Below, in pieces: positions 47,680-57,466 of a DNA stretch of 64,000 nucleotides (position 1 is its first letter; each line of letters begins with the position of its first letter). The translations under genes and the position numbers were made by a program. Where the stretch lies: positions 1 to 64,000 of IMG/VR virus record IMGVR_UViG_3300032087_005679, one strand, 5' to 3'. This DNA comes from a virus. The notes beneath the pieces are model-generated. The model was given only the letters and a program-made list of their open reading frames with translations. It was not told the origin of the DNA and ran no database searches.

Positions 47680-48609
47680 TTAGTTTTGATATTTATTATC
47701 TATCTTAACTAATGGGAAAACTTTCAAAAGCTCATCAATACCATCTTCAACTGTAATAGTAGTTTCAAAACCTAAGGAATTAATTTTATCATACGAAACA
47801 ACATAGTTTCTCTTATCAACATCTCCATCGAAGTCAGCATAATGTACATAACATTCTGTTCTAGACTGAATTAGATCACAAACATCTCTCTTGGAATAAT
47901 TCATGGAATTTGACCCGACGTTATAAACCTCACCACTCATCTTATCAGAATTGTTTACAGCGAACTCAAACACTCTTGCAATATCTCTAACATGTATAAA
48001 AGTTCTCATAAAATGAGATTCATAAATAACTATGTATTTTTGAGTGTGTGCCAAGTAAGATAAATCATTTACAAGCAAATCTAATCGTAATCTTGGACTT
48101 ACACCAAAAGCGGTAGCAAAACGAAAGGCGCTGCTGTTTTCATATTTCATCACCTCTTGTTCACCAAGAGTCTTACTTATACCATAAATACTCAAGGGAT
48201 TTAGTGGTGTTTCTTCAGTACATACGTCTTCAACTGCTCCATAGTTTGAACCTGTAGAACCATAAACTAAAAACTGTTTACCATCCAAACAAGAAATAAC
48301 ATTTTTAGTACCCTGGTGATTTACTGCGTGGGCTAATTCCTCATCTCTGCGACAAGCAGCATAGCCTACAATAGCTGCAAGGTGTATGATAATGTCCTGT
48401 CCTTCTGTTGCTTTTTTTAATTCATCAACATCAAGTATATCACCCTTGATGAATCTAAAGTTGGGTTCACCAAAATTATGAATAAGCCCACTACCATCAA
48501 CAGTCAAGTTATCATATACAGTAACTTGATGACCGTTCTTCAACAACAAAGGGACTAATGTTGTGCCGATATAACCAGCACCACCAGTCACAAGTATCTT
48601 TTTACTCAT
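47680..48609 (-). CDS. NAD-dependent epimerase/dehydratase
   Basis: TGGAGYIG, HLAAIVG, YGISK, RFATAFGVSPRLRLDLLVN; start 48609 has GGAG SD (alternative 48621). Confidence 0.9.
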   Translation of the reverse strand: MSKKILVTGGAGYIGTTLVPLLLKNGHQVTVYDNLTVDGSGLIHNFGEPNFRFIKGDILDVDELKKATEGQDIIIHLAAIVGYAACRRDEELAHAVNHQGTKNVISCLDGKQFLVYGSTGSNYGAVEDVCTEETPLNPLSIYGISKTLGEQEVMKYENSSAFRFATAFGVSPRLRLDLLVNDLSYLAHTQKYIVIYESHFMRTFIHVRDIARVFEFAVNNSDKMSGEVYNVGSNSMNYSKRDVCDLIQSRTECYVHYADFDGDVDKRNYVVSYDKINSLGFETTITVEDGIDELLKVFPLVKIDNKYQN

Positions 48610-48657
48610 TTTTTTCTCCATATCAAATATAAATTATAATTTTTGTTTCGTAAAGAT

Positions 48658-49575
48658 CTAAAGATTTTCTTTATAAAAGTCAACTGTGTTCCTGATACCC
48701 TCTTTATGGTCGTAAAAAGAAAAGTCAGGAAACTTTTCCCGGAACAATTCTGTCGATAGAATTTTTACGGGATCGCCGTCTGGATACTGGGTGTCAAATA
48801 CTAACTCTCCTTCAAAACCGCAAGCCTCTTGGATAAGAAGTGCTGATTCCTTAATTGAGTATCCCTTAGCTTGACCTACATTTACAGGGTATTCGAGATG
48901 ATCTATATCCATAGCTCGGATTAGTACCTCTACGAAATCATCAACGTAAGCCCACTCTCTAACAGGATTGCCAGTCCCCCAAACAACAAACTCGCCATCT
49001 CCAGCTTGTTGTGCTTTTAGCATTCTTATAACCATACCATTCAAGGCATGAGTCTTAGTTGGATCGAGGGAATCCCCAGGTCCGTATGTGTTAGGTAGTA
49101 GCAAATTTACAGTTTTTACCCCATATTGATTGTAATAACATTGAGATAGGTAATAAATTGCTCTTTTAGAATTACCAAAAGAAAAAACCGAATCGTGAAC
49201 TCCTCCATCGAGCCAGTTCTCTTCTAATTGAATTGAACTATCTCCAGGGTACGAACAGTTGGAAAACGGTTGAATTATTTTTATCTCAGGATTATAATCT
49301 AGCACCGCCTTGTAAACATTCAAATTCATCTGAAGGTTATCACCATATACGTCAGCAGCATACTTTCTAACATACATCATACTGCCACCATGAGATGCAA
49401 GGTTATAAATCAGGTCAGGATTTTCTTTTTCCAAAAAATTTCTAAAGGATTGGTAATCTAAAAGATCAAGACCTAAAGTCTTGGACGTCCTTGATACAGT
49501 ATGCCCGTCACTAACAAGACGATCATATACTTTTTCACCAATAAAACCAGTACCACCAAGTACTAAAATCTTCAT
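48658..49575 (-). CDS. Second GDP-L-fucose synthase-like SDR (YxxxK changed to FxxxK)
   Basis: GGTGFIG, SNCSYP, PNTYGPGD, HAL, VWGTGNPVREW; start reassigned to ATG 49575. Confidence 0.78.
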   Translation of the reverse strand: MKILVLGGTGFIGEKVYDRLVSDGHTVSRTSKTLGLDLLDYQSFRNFLEKENPDLIYNLASHGGSMMYVRKYAADVYGDNLQMNLNVYKAVLDYNPEIKIIQPFSNCSYPGDSSIQLEENWLDGGVHDSVFSFGNSKRAIYYLSQCYYNQYGVKTVNLLLPNTYGPGDSLDPTKTHALNGMVIRMLKAQQAGDGEFVVWGTGNPVREWAYVDDFVEVLIRAMDIDHLEYPVNVGQAKGYSIKESALLIQEACGFEGELVFDTQYPDGDPVKILSTELFREKFPDFSFYDHKEGIRNTVDFYKENL

Positions 49576-49576
49576 T

Positions 49577-50260
49577 CTATTCTCCAGAGTATTTGAAAGT
49601 GTAGCCATGGATCCTTATTTTGGGTCCATATCCATTATAATAAGTTGATTTTATGATTTTGTCTAGTTCTTCTTTTGAAATATCAATATCAATATTTTCC
49701 AATTTGTCAATATCTCTTATTCGCCCTGTTTTTTTGCCCCACTCATCCGTATTTTCAGAAGATATTCTAGACAACTCTTTAGGTCCTTGAACTGTTATCG
49801 TGTGTATTATATTTGAAAAAGAATCAAATTGACATCTGTGAACCTTCTCTAATAAGCTTTCTACATTATCTTCATCTTCTATGACTACTCTGTAAACATT
49901 TATTATGGGTCCATTGTCAACATTCTTATTCATATAGTGAACTGTTACCCCAGTTTCAGCGTCTTCGTTATATAAAGCCCAATTTATACCACCAGACCCT
50001 GGGTACTTGGGGTGTGATGGGTGAAAGTTTATAGCTGCAATACTAGCCTTATTTATGAACTGTTCTGGCAAGATACAATAAGACTTATAATGAAATATAT
50101 AATCTCCACTCCACTCTTCAATTTCTTTCGGTATTTTACTGCCTCTTTTTTTTGATGCTTTCCAGAAGGTTGTTTCAAAACCTTTTGACACAAGAAGGTC
50201 TACAGCGTTGTTGCTGTATCGACAATCTTCAAAGCCTATAAATAGTGCTTTGCTAGTCAT
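49577..50260 (-). CDS. Formyltransferase (sugar N-formyltransferase-like)
   Basis: AINFHPS.PKYPG, TGVTVHYM..VDNGPII; start reassigned to ATG 50260. Confidence 0.85.
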   Translation of the reverse strand: MTSKALFIGFEDCRYSNNAVDLLVSKGFETTFWKASKKRGSKIPKEIEEWSGDYIFHYKSYCILPEQFINKASIAAINFHPSHPKYPGSGGINWALYNEDAETGVTVHYMNKNVDNGPIINVYRVVIEDEDNVESLLEKVHRCQFDSFSNIIHTITVQGPKELSRISSENTDEWGKKTGRIRDIDKLENIDIDISKEELDKIIKSTYYNGYGPKIRIHGYTFKYSGE

Positions 50261-50846
50261 TCTTAAACACATCCATTTGAGATAGATCAGGCCAGTCAGT
50301 ATAGACCCACTCCTTTGGTTTAGTAATCTTTGCGTTAGGTAGTTTCTTGAGACCAAGCTCTGCCGTTTCTGGTGTCATATAGTAATGATAACCTATGGTC
50401 TTAATATTCTGAACTGACCAGGAAAGATCTGGACTTCTTCCATCATAAGACATTCTTTTCAAGGTGTCATACTCTTCCTTGTTATCAAATAAAATAACCC
50501 CACCCCTGCCAAGGCTTAAGTGTTTTCGAAATTGAAAACTGATACACATATATGTCCCTGGAATGTAGCTATTTTCTTTCCAGTGAACGGCGGCGTCGAT
50601 AATGTTTTCTGTTAGATAATAATAATCTTTCCACTTTTCATCGGTCCATTCTAGTCCTATGCTTAGTTTATCTGCCAACATAGGCACAGACAAATAAGTG
50701 TGTCTTGGTACTTTTATTTTACTTGTGCCCTTCATGCGTAAACATAATTCTAATCCATGTGTGCAACAATCAACAGCAACCGCATAAGGTGCCCCAAAAA
50801 AATTAGCTATCTCATTTTCAAAATCTTTTATTGCTTGAAATGACAT
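50253..50846 (-). CDS. DegT/DnrJ/EryC1/StrS-family PLP aminotransferase, short form
   Basis: FENEIA..GAPYAVAV..CT.GL, IIDAA, SFQFRKHL..GRGG, GYHYYM; only 197 aa. Confidence 0.82.
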   Translation of the reverse strand: MSFQAIKDFENEIANFFGAPYAVAVDCCTHGLELCLRMKGTSKIKVPRHTYLSVPMLADKLSIGLEWTDEKWKDYYYLTENIIDAAVHWKENSYIPGTYMCISFQFRKHLSLGRGGVILFDNKEEYDTLKRMSYDGRSPDLSWSVQNIKTIGYHYYMTPETAELGLKKLPNAKITKPKEWVYTDWPDLSQMDVFKND

Positions 50847-51784
50847 TATGAATCTCCAATCTTGTTTATAAGATGTTGTGCCATACGTTCCCAGGTATAT
50901 TTTTGTGATGCTATCTCAAAAGCATTTTCAATTATTTTATTCCTAGCATCATCATTAGATAAGTAATATTCAAGTTTTTCATCAAAATCTGACAGGTCAT
51001 TCTCAAACAAAACGCAATTTTCTCCATCTACAAAAACATTCTCATATTCATACGGCATGTTGTTACAGAACAATAAAGTCTTTGATAGCATGACCTCAAA
51101 ATACCTTGGACTTACATCATTATTTGGTCCTGTAGTAGCAAGCCAAATCTTGCTTTCTCTCATTATTTTAGCGTATTCTTCAACGGAAGAAATTCTATAA
51201 CTAAGGTCCCCCTCTTTACTAGAGTTCCAGAAAACATTGTACTTAGTTTTTTCTAACCTTTCATGCACTCGATCTCTAAGATTCATGGTTGGTCCAGGAA
51301 TCTTTCCTCCACCATGAGAAGCGCCACTAAAACCAAAATCATACTTTTTATTTTCAAAAGACGGATAGAATACATCTGGATTAGCTGTGAACCAAAACCT
51401 TATCGGGACCGAGTTTGTTATTTCTCCGTACTCTTTGTAGGTTATATTCGTATCCATAAGAATGCTGATATTATTAACTTTACAAAATTGTAATTTTTCT
51501 TGCAACATTGTCTGAGGTTTATGTAACATACAAACAACTGGAATGCCTACGTCTTTCAATCCTTTGATCTCTTTATAAACATCTGGGTTTGTTTGTGTAA
51601 AATATCCTAAACCAAAAATAATACAATCAATATTACTGTTTTTGATTGTCTCAAAATTATGAACTCTGTTTTGAAATAGGTGTACGGTTGCCTTCTTTTT
51701 CAATTCTCGGTATAGATCACCATAATATTGATACATATAGTTATCAGCAACTGTATTGCCATGATCTATGTATAAGATATTCAC
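50846..51784 (-). CDS. Glycosyltransferase, CgeB/Glyco_trans_1_2-like
   Basis: YDFGFSG, EYAKIMRESKI, SPRYFE, IIENA...KYTW; GTG start. Confidence 0.8.
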   Translation of the reverse strand: MNILYIDHGNTVADNYMYQYYGDLYRELKKKATVHLFQNRVHNFETIKNSNIDCIIFGLGYFTQTNPDVYKEIKGLKDVGIPVVCMLHKPQTMLQEKLQFCKVNNISILMDTNITYKEYGEITNSVPIRFWFTANPDVFYPSFENKKYDFGFSGASHGGGKIPGPTMNLRDRVHERLEKTKYNVFWNSSKEGDLSYRISSVEEYAKIMRESKIWLATTGPNNDVSPRYFEVMLSKTLLFCNNMPYEYENVFVDGENCVLFENDLSDFDEKLEYYLSNDDARNKIIENAFEIASQKYTWERMAQHLINKIGDS

Positions 51785-52683
51785 TTAGAATTATCCTTTA
51801 CTCCTGGGGCATAATCACAAAGATGACGTAGAGCACCTTGACTGTGGTATCCTTCGTCTACAGTTTTTAGATCATATATGTTGTCCCCATGGTGTATGAG
51901 GTAAAACAAACTGTTTACGTCATTATCCCCCCATCTATACTTGTAAATGCCACCATATTGATTCACAGCGTTGATCCACTGTTTCCATTCAGGCGTTTCA
52001 AACATAGAAATCTTAACAACATATGAATCGGCACAAGGATAGAAATGAAAGTTTTTATCAGCCTCTGGATCTGATAATAAATTTTTCATAAACTGGGATT
52101 TTGGCTCAACGTTATAATGTTTCAAATAGCCTTTTACAAACTTCCAAAGATTGATTCTGGTATCAAAGTTTCCCTGGTGAGGTAGTTTCTTTGTTTGATC
52201 ATACACCTTCAAAGCACCCATCGGCTCAACTTGATTCTTCATAACCTCAAATGGATCGTAAGTCATAGGCTTGATAAACATAGATTCATCATCTACACTC
52301 ATTGTATAATCATATTTTTCAAATTCAGTATTCGGGTAACCATAATAATTTGACATAAAGTGACACATGTGTAGGTACCCCTTACGAGATATTGGGAATT
52401 GTGTTCTTGAATACCATAAATCATTTCTATTATAAAAAAGATCCTCCTCTTTTATATGTTTTGGTGTTTCATAGGGAATAGAAACAAAATTTACATTCTG
52501 AGGTGTTTGACTTCTAACAGATTGTCTGAATTCTTCTGAATCGTAAATATCGTCAAAGTAATAAACATACACAGGATAGTTGTGTTTGTGGTTGTAGTTT
52601 TCCCAAAGAGCTTTTAAGCTATGTGGTATACATGCTTTCCTAGAAGAAATATAGGTTATACAGGCTTTTAATTTATCGCTCAT
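51781..52683 (-). CDS. GT15-like alpha-1,2-mannosyltransferase (Kre2/Mnt1 family)
   Basis: NYPVY, GYLHMCHF, YDY..VD, YDPFEVM, GGIYKYRWGD. Confidence 0.75.
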   Translation of the reverse strand: MSDKLKACITYISSRKACIPHSLKALWENYNHKHNYPVYVYYFDDIYDSEEFRQSVRSQTPQNVNFVSIPYETPKHIKEEDLFYNRNDLWYSRTQFPISRKGYLHMCHFMSNYYGYPNTEFEKYDYTMSVDDESMFIKPMTYDPFEVMKNQVEPMGALKVYDQTKKLPHQGNFDTRINLWKFVKGYLKHYNVEPKSQFMKNLLSDPEADKNFHFYPCADSYVVKISMFETPEWKQWINAVNQYGGIYKYRWGDNDVNSLFYLIHHGDNIYDLKTVDEGYHSQGALRHLCDYAPGVKDNSK

Positions 52684-53689
52684 AATATTTTACTCCTGCG
52701 TTTGTGTATATGTCCGATATCAATGATAGGCAGTTTTCTGATTCTGTTATCATAAAACTGTCAAGATTACTGTATAATTCAGGGTGGTTAGGACAAGAAC
52801 CTCTGTAGTTACCATAAGAATTTGACTCCTTAGGGTTTTCCAGTAATTTTATCTTTTCTTTATATTGTTTCTCTGTTTCTTTATCAATAAATTCTGACTT
52901 TGTAACTTTATCAAGCGCCTTACCACCAAGTTCAATATAGCCATTCTCAGCTAAAATAGATATAGTGCATTCTATGTTGGTTGGTTCACTTGCTATAGTT
53001 ACTTCGATAGTTCCACCAAAACTTCCAAAGTCAACTAAAGAATATACTGTGTCCTCAATTGAGTAGTCAACGTGTTTCGTATTATACAACAATGAAGACT
53101 GAACTTTTGGCTTGCCAAAAAGATAGCACATGATATCTAAGTAATGAATTCCACATTCATGCAAAGTCCCACCACCAACTTCTGGGATACCCCGCCAATT
53201 TTGAAAATACTCCTTTGGTCTTTGCCATCTTTGAGTGAGACTAATTCCTCTTATTTTTCCAAGTAAATTGGTTTCTAGTAATTCTTTCGTAAAAGAAACT
53301 ACTGGATTAAGCCTCACTTGTAAAACACAGTGAGCTTTCTGGCTGTTCGCATCCGCAATTGTTTTTAGTTCTTGTATCAAGTTGTGATCTAAGCACGCTG
53401 GTTTTTCTACCAAAACATCACAACTGTTTTCTAGACAGTATTTTGCTTGAGAATAATGTAATGAGTTAGGGGTTGCAATGACTACAAAATTTATATCTTC
53501 TTTAGATAACATATCTTTATAATCAACATACCCGCTTACACCTCTTTTTGACGCCTCTAGATCTACAATGTTTTGATCTAAGTCACACAAAGATACTAGT
53601 TCAAAATTTTTATTTCTATCTATAGCTTCCAGGTGTCTGACAAGGATTTTACCACACCCAATTATACCTACCTTATACTCTGCTTTCAT
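52673..53689 (-). CDS. Gfo/Idh/MocA oxidoreductase (WbpB/WlbA-like nucleotide-sugar dehydrogenase)
   Basis: IIGCGKI, IATPN..H, VLVEKP, VLQVRLNP, WQRP, GGTL..GIHYLD. Confidence 0.85.
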   Translation of the reverse strand: MKAEYKVGIIGCGKILVRHLEAIDRNKNFELVSLCDLDQNIVDLEASKRGVSGYVDYKDMLSKEDINFVVIATPNSLHYSQAKYCLENSCDVLVEKPACLDHNLIQELKTIADANSQKAHCVLQVRLNPVVSFTKELLETNLLGKIRGISLTQRWQRPKEYFQNWRGIPEVGGGTLHECGIHYLDIMCYLFGKPKVQSSLLYNTKHVDYSIEDTVYSLVDFGSFGGTIEVTIASEPTNIECTISILAENGYIELGGKALDKVTKSEFIDKETEKQYKEKIKLLENPKESNSYGNYRGSCPNHPELYSNLDSFMITESENCLSLISDIYTNAGVKYYER

Positions 53690-54575
53690 ATGTTTTCTCC
53701 AGGAAAGAGTGGTATAACTCTGCCGTGTCCTTTATATTACAACTATATTTTGTTTTGTTTAATACAGTCCTTGAAAAATCAAGAGTTGGTGGATTGTATA
53801 ATTCAACTGGCTTGAAATCCCAATCTTCTTCCTCAACAACAATTGCATTATCGCCAGCGATCTCTTTTGTTCCGCCAGCACTAGAGCATATAATCTGACA
53901 CCCTGAAGCATAAGCATCTACCACAACATTAGGACAATGATCTAACCATGCTAGGTGTAGGAAATATTTTGAAGCTTTATATACAGAGTATAGTTGTTGC
54001 TGAGAAAGGTTACCAAAATAAGCAACCTTTTTGTCTTCTATTTTATCTTCTGGATTTACATTTCCAGCAACAACAAGTAGATCTTTCTCCCCAGAGTGCT
54101 CTAAAAAATATCTAATATTGTCTTTCAGTCTCTTATGGGGTCTCCAAGAGGAAGCACAACACCATACATTCTCATACACGTCATTCTTCATAGCTGGAGT
54201 TTTTTTGATAGATTCTAGATCCGCTCCATTGTGAATTACAGTAGAGTTCTTGTGTTTACCAAAATACCTTTCTATCAATTCTTTGTTGAATTCCGATTGG
54301 TATACTACACCTTCACACATTTGATATGTTCTTAGGATATTCTGGTTTTGCAGATTATAGTTCTGTGCTGTATTGAAGTAAATCCCATCTAGCCTTAGCA
54401 CTTGAGGTATATTGAGTTTTTGCCTTGGTGATTCAATAAAACACAACGAAAGATCTGCGTCTGAAATGTTTGTTATCTCATAGCCAAGATTTACTAGATT
54501 TGGGACTATCTTTTTTGCAAAAGAATTTGGTCCACTAGAACTGTTGAGGTTGACATTCTCTAAATGTAGCTTCAT
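53673..54575 (-). CDS. Glycosyltransferase family 4 (GT-B)
   Basis: LRLDG, VIHNG, RPHKRL, DHCPNVVVDA, AGGTKEI. Confidence 0.85.
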   Translation of the reverse strand: MKLHLENVNLNSSSGPNSFAKKIVPNLVNLGYEITNISDADLSLCFIESPRQKLNIPQVLRLDGIYFNTAQNYNLQNQNILRTYQMCEGVVYQSEFNKELIERYFGKHKNSTVIHNGADLESIKKTPAMKNDVYENVWCCASSWRPHKRLKDNIRYFLEHSGEKDLLVVAGNVNPEDKIEDKKVAYFGNLSQQQLYSVYKASKYFLHLAWLDHCPNVVVDAYASGCQIICSSAGGTKEIAGDNAIVVEEEDWDFKPVELYNPPTLDFSRTVLNKTKYSCNIKDTAELYHSFLEKTYESRV

Positions 54576-54576
54576 A

Positions 54577-56190
54577 TTATAACTTATTATACTTTTGTTT
54601 TTGTCTTATTTCAAGCATATAATCGTGTTGTTTCTTTGCTTTAGTTTTATTCACAGCGTTAGGATTTGACACGTTATAAACGTATGTTACTTCGGGGATG
54701 TATTTTGATCTTTTCCCAGCCATTTCTAAAAGAGGAAGCATCATAGCTTGATCGTAAGAAATCTCATAAAAGTTACCTTCTTTATTTAAAAGGTCTTCCT
54801 TCTTCACTTTATTCCACAGGTGAAATTTAAATGTTTTCAAATGAGATGCACGCCAAACATCTTCTCTAAAACCATTTGATTCTATGACTTCTTGAGGGTA
54901 CTCGCTGGCTTCTTGCCCTATGCCACCATCTGGGAATCTAGCAAAACTACCATAAGTCATTAGACAGTCTTCATTCATATAGTAATGATTAAGTTGAGAC
55001 AACACATTTTGATTAGGGAACCAATCGTCGCCGTCCAAGACCACTATAACATCTTCAGGATCAGGATTTGATTCAGCGATCATGTCATAGATGTTCTTAA
55101 GGGCATATTTCTTTTCTTCACCCCTTGATATGAAAAACTTGCTATTATCTGAAAAGTTGCTAGCTAATTCAAATGTTTTATCAGTTGATATATCGTCCCC
55201 CACATAACATTCAAAGTTATCATATTCTTGTTCTTTTACACTTTCTAGAGACTTTTCAATCCAATTTTCAGCATTGTATACTGGGACTATTACTTTGAAG
55301 TTTGTTTTCTTTTCCTCTTCAAAGTTTTGAGAAACCCTTTCACCCATAGATTTATAAACTGTTTTCCAAAAAAATGGTGCCCTAGATTCTAGATACTCAA
55401 TTGTTGACTCTCTATCTCCCAAAAACCATTCTTCATTTTTGTGTTGCACGTTTTCGTTGAGAATCAATTCACAACCAAGAAGCTTTGCTTCAATCACTGT
55501 TCTAGGACACGTATCAGAACCTTCTGGTAGAAATATAAAACCTTTTGATTGTGAGAATTTCTTTAGCATCTCTTGATAACTAACCCCCGAAAATGTCTCA
55601 AAAGGTAAGTTATTTTTCTTTGCGTATTCAACTGATTTTGAAGAACCTTTTACCCAGGATGGAGAATCTTGTATCAGCCAAACGTCTTTTTTGTTCTGGT
55701 TCTGTAGTGAATTTATGTGCTCTAAAGTTTGTTTACTAAAAATTGAACTCAAAACATAAGTTGAATCCTTTTTTAGAAAAGGAAAGAGATCATAATAAAT
55801 ATCTCTTTGCGCCGCCGACATAAACCACAAATTTTTTGCTCTCTCAAAAAGGATAGAGAACAATTTTCCTCGTGTTGTATTTTCACATTCACACTTACCT
55901 TCTGCCGCTATGTGTTTTTCTCGTAATCGGTAAGAACAAAACTTATAATCATATTCAATCACAGAATATTCTAAATTTTTACAAGCATACAAAAGAATAT
56001 CATTGGACATACCAGCACAGTTGCCAAAGATCCAGTACCTATCTTTATAAGTATCAATAATTTGCTTTGTTAGCTGATGAGATCTTACACATGCCACGGG
56101 TAGTTTTGTGCCATCTATGATAGCTTGTGTTGTTAGTTCGCCACCACCAACATAGTCATCAACAAATAAATCTTGTACGAAAATAATCAT
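54577..56190 (-). CDS. Bifunctional glycosyltransferase (GT-B-like N-terminal plus GT2 C-terminal)
   Basis: N-terminal GGGE..WVKG..DTCPRTVIEAKLLGC; C-terminal IVPVYNAE..SVKEQ..DDISTD..LDGDD. Confidence 0.85.
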   Translation of the reverse strand: MIIFVQDLFVDDYVGGGELTTQAIIDGTKLPVACVRSHQLTKQIIDTYKDRYWIFGNCAGMSNDILLYACKNLEYSVIEYDYKFCSYRLREKHIAAEGKCECENTTRGKLFSILFERAKNLWFMSAAQRDIYYDLFPFLKKDSTYVLSSIFSKQTLEHINSLQNQNKKDVWLIQDSPSWVKGSSKSVEYAKKNNLPFETFSGVSYQEMLKKFSQSKGFIFLPEGSDTCPRTVIEAKLLGCELILNENVQHKNEEWFLGDRESTIEYLESRAPFFWKTVYKSMGERVSQNFEEEKKTNFKVIVPVYNAENWIEKSLESVKEQEYDNFECYVGDDISTDKTFELASNFSDNSKFFISRGEEKKYALKNIYDMIAESNPDPEDVIVVLDGDDWFPNQNVLSQLNHYYMNEDCLMTYGSFARFPDGGIGQEASEYPQEVIESNGFREDVWRASHLKTFKFHLWNKVKKEDLLNKEGNFYEISYDQAMMLPLLEMAGKRSKYIPEVTYVYNVSNPNAVNKTKAKKQHDYMLEIRQKQKYNKL

Positions 56191-56191
56191 T

Positions 56192-57466
56192 TTATTCTGG
56201 ACTTGTCAAAGAAGCAAACATTTTTGCGATCTCGTCATCTGTCTCGGACGTATCAAGATACGACATAAAAATGTCTTGATATTTTTGATGTATCTTATCT
56301 TCACTAAATTCTTTTATTAGGTGCTCTTGTAGCCCTTTTGCACGAATTTTTCTGAAATTAGTATTCGTATACACCTCTCTCATTTTCTTTTTGAAACTTT
56401 TCTCTTCTGGATAACACCACTGAGACTCTTGTGTAACTACTTTGTCCCAAACAACTTCTTTTGGAACTTGACCTATGGTGAATTTAACCTTCTCAAAAAG
56501 TGGCTGCATTGTTACTTTTTTTGATTTAGGATTCTCTACAGGTGCATACAAGAAATCATTCTGTCCCGACCAAGCAGGTGCAATTACAGGCAATCCCGAA
56601 TAAGCAGCCTCAAAAATAGGAAGACCGTAACCTTCTCCATGTGTAGTTGTTATATAACATTTCACACTTGGGTGAGTATAGAGAGCATGGATTTCTGCTT
56701 CGGTCATATCGCCATGCAGAAGGTGAATCTTACACTTACGAGTATCTCCATATTCCTGCATCATCTGTGCTAACATGACCTGGAGCTTTCTTCTATCAAG
56801 AATTGACATATTGAGTTGGTGGGTTTTAATAATCAGACCAACATCTGCATCATTTTTGAACTCTTCTACAAACCACTTAATACAATTGGCAATATTTTTT
56901 CTTGGTCCCCACTGAGCGACTGTTAGAAAGTTATATTTCGTAGAGAACTCTAAAGAAGATACTTTCTCATCTGGTGCTGTGTTTCTCACAGGGTAACCAA
57001 TAATCTCAATGGGTGTATTACAAGTTAGACTTGAGATAGCGCCAGTTTGCTTATTTTGTATTTGATAACTTGTCTTTTCATAAACACTTTTACTATGTTT
57101 TGAAATTGTAATGATCTTGTCCATCAAAGCGCTTTGCTGTAACCAGTGGGGATCAACACGATCTGTCTCTATCCCAGCAGTTATTCCAATATTGACTGGT
57201 GCGGCTTTTTTCCATTCGTTAGGAATTGTCACCTGAATAGATAAGTCAAATTGTGGTGGTGGTGAGGACATTCTGTTTATATCATCCATGATATGTGGTC
57301 CAACTTCTTTCTCTGGTTCAAGGATCCAAGAGCTTTTCCCCCACTCAATGGCAGCAACATACACAGTTACAGAGTCTAGTTTCTTTAGAGCTTTGTAAAC
57401 TAATCGAGCATGTTCGCCATAACCACTCCTAGAGAGAATTGGTGCAACAAGTAGAACGTTTTTCAT
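56192..57466 (-). CDS. Glycosyltransferase family 4 (GT-B)
   Basis: SRSGYG, PRKN, GEGYGLPIFEAAYSGLPVI. Confidence 0.88.
   Translation of the reverse strand: MKNVLLVAPILSRSGYGEHARLVYKALKKLDSVTVYVAAIEWGKSSWILEPEKEVGPHIMDDINRMSSPPPQFDLSIQVTIPNEWKKAAPVNIGITAGIETDRVDPHWLQQSALMDKIITISKHSKSVYEKTSYQIQNKQTGAISSLTCNTPIEIIGYPVRNTAPDEKVSSLEFSTKYNFLTVAQWGPRKNIANCIKWFVEEFKNDADVGLIIKTHQLNMSILDRRKLQVMLAQMMQEYGDTRKCKIHLLHGDMTEAEIHALYTHPSVKCYITTTHGEGYGLPIFEAAYSGLPVIAPAWSGQNDFLYAPVENPKSKKVTMQPLFEKVKFTIGQVPKEVVWDKVVTQESQWCYPEEKSFKKKMREVYTNTNFRKIRAKGLQEHLIKEFSEDKIHQKYQDIFMSYLDTSETDDEIAKMFASLTSPE

Noticed and set aside
50239-50246. Late-promoter motif match inside the formyltransferase 5' end
   Set aside because: Not positioned upstream of a start codon; likely a chance match in AT-rich DNA
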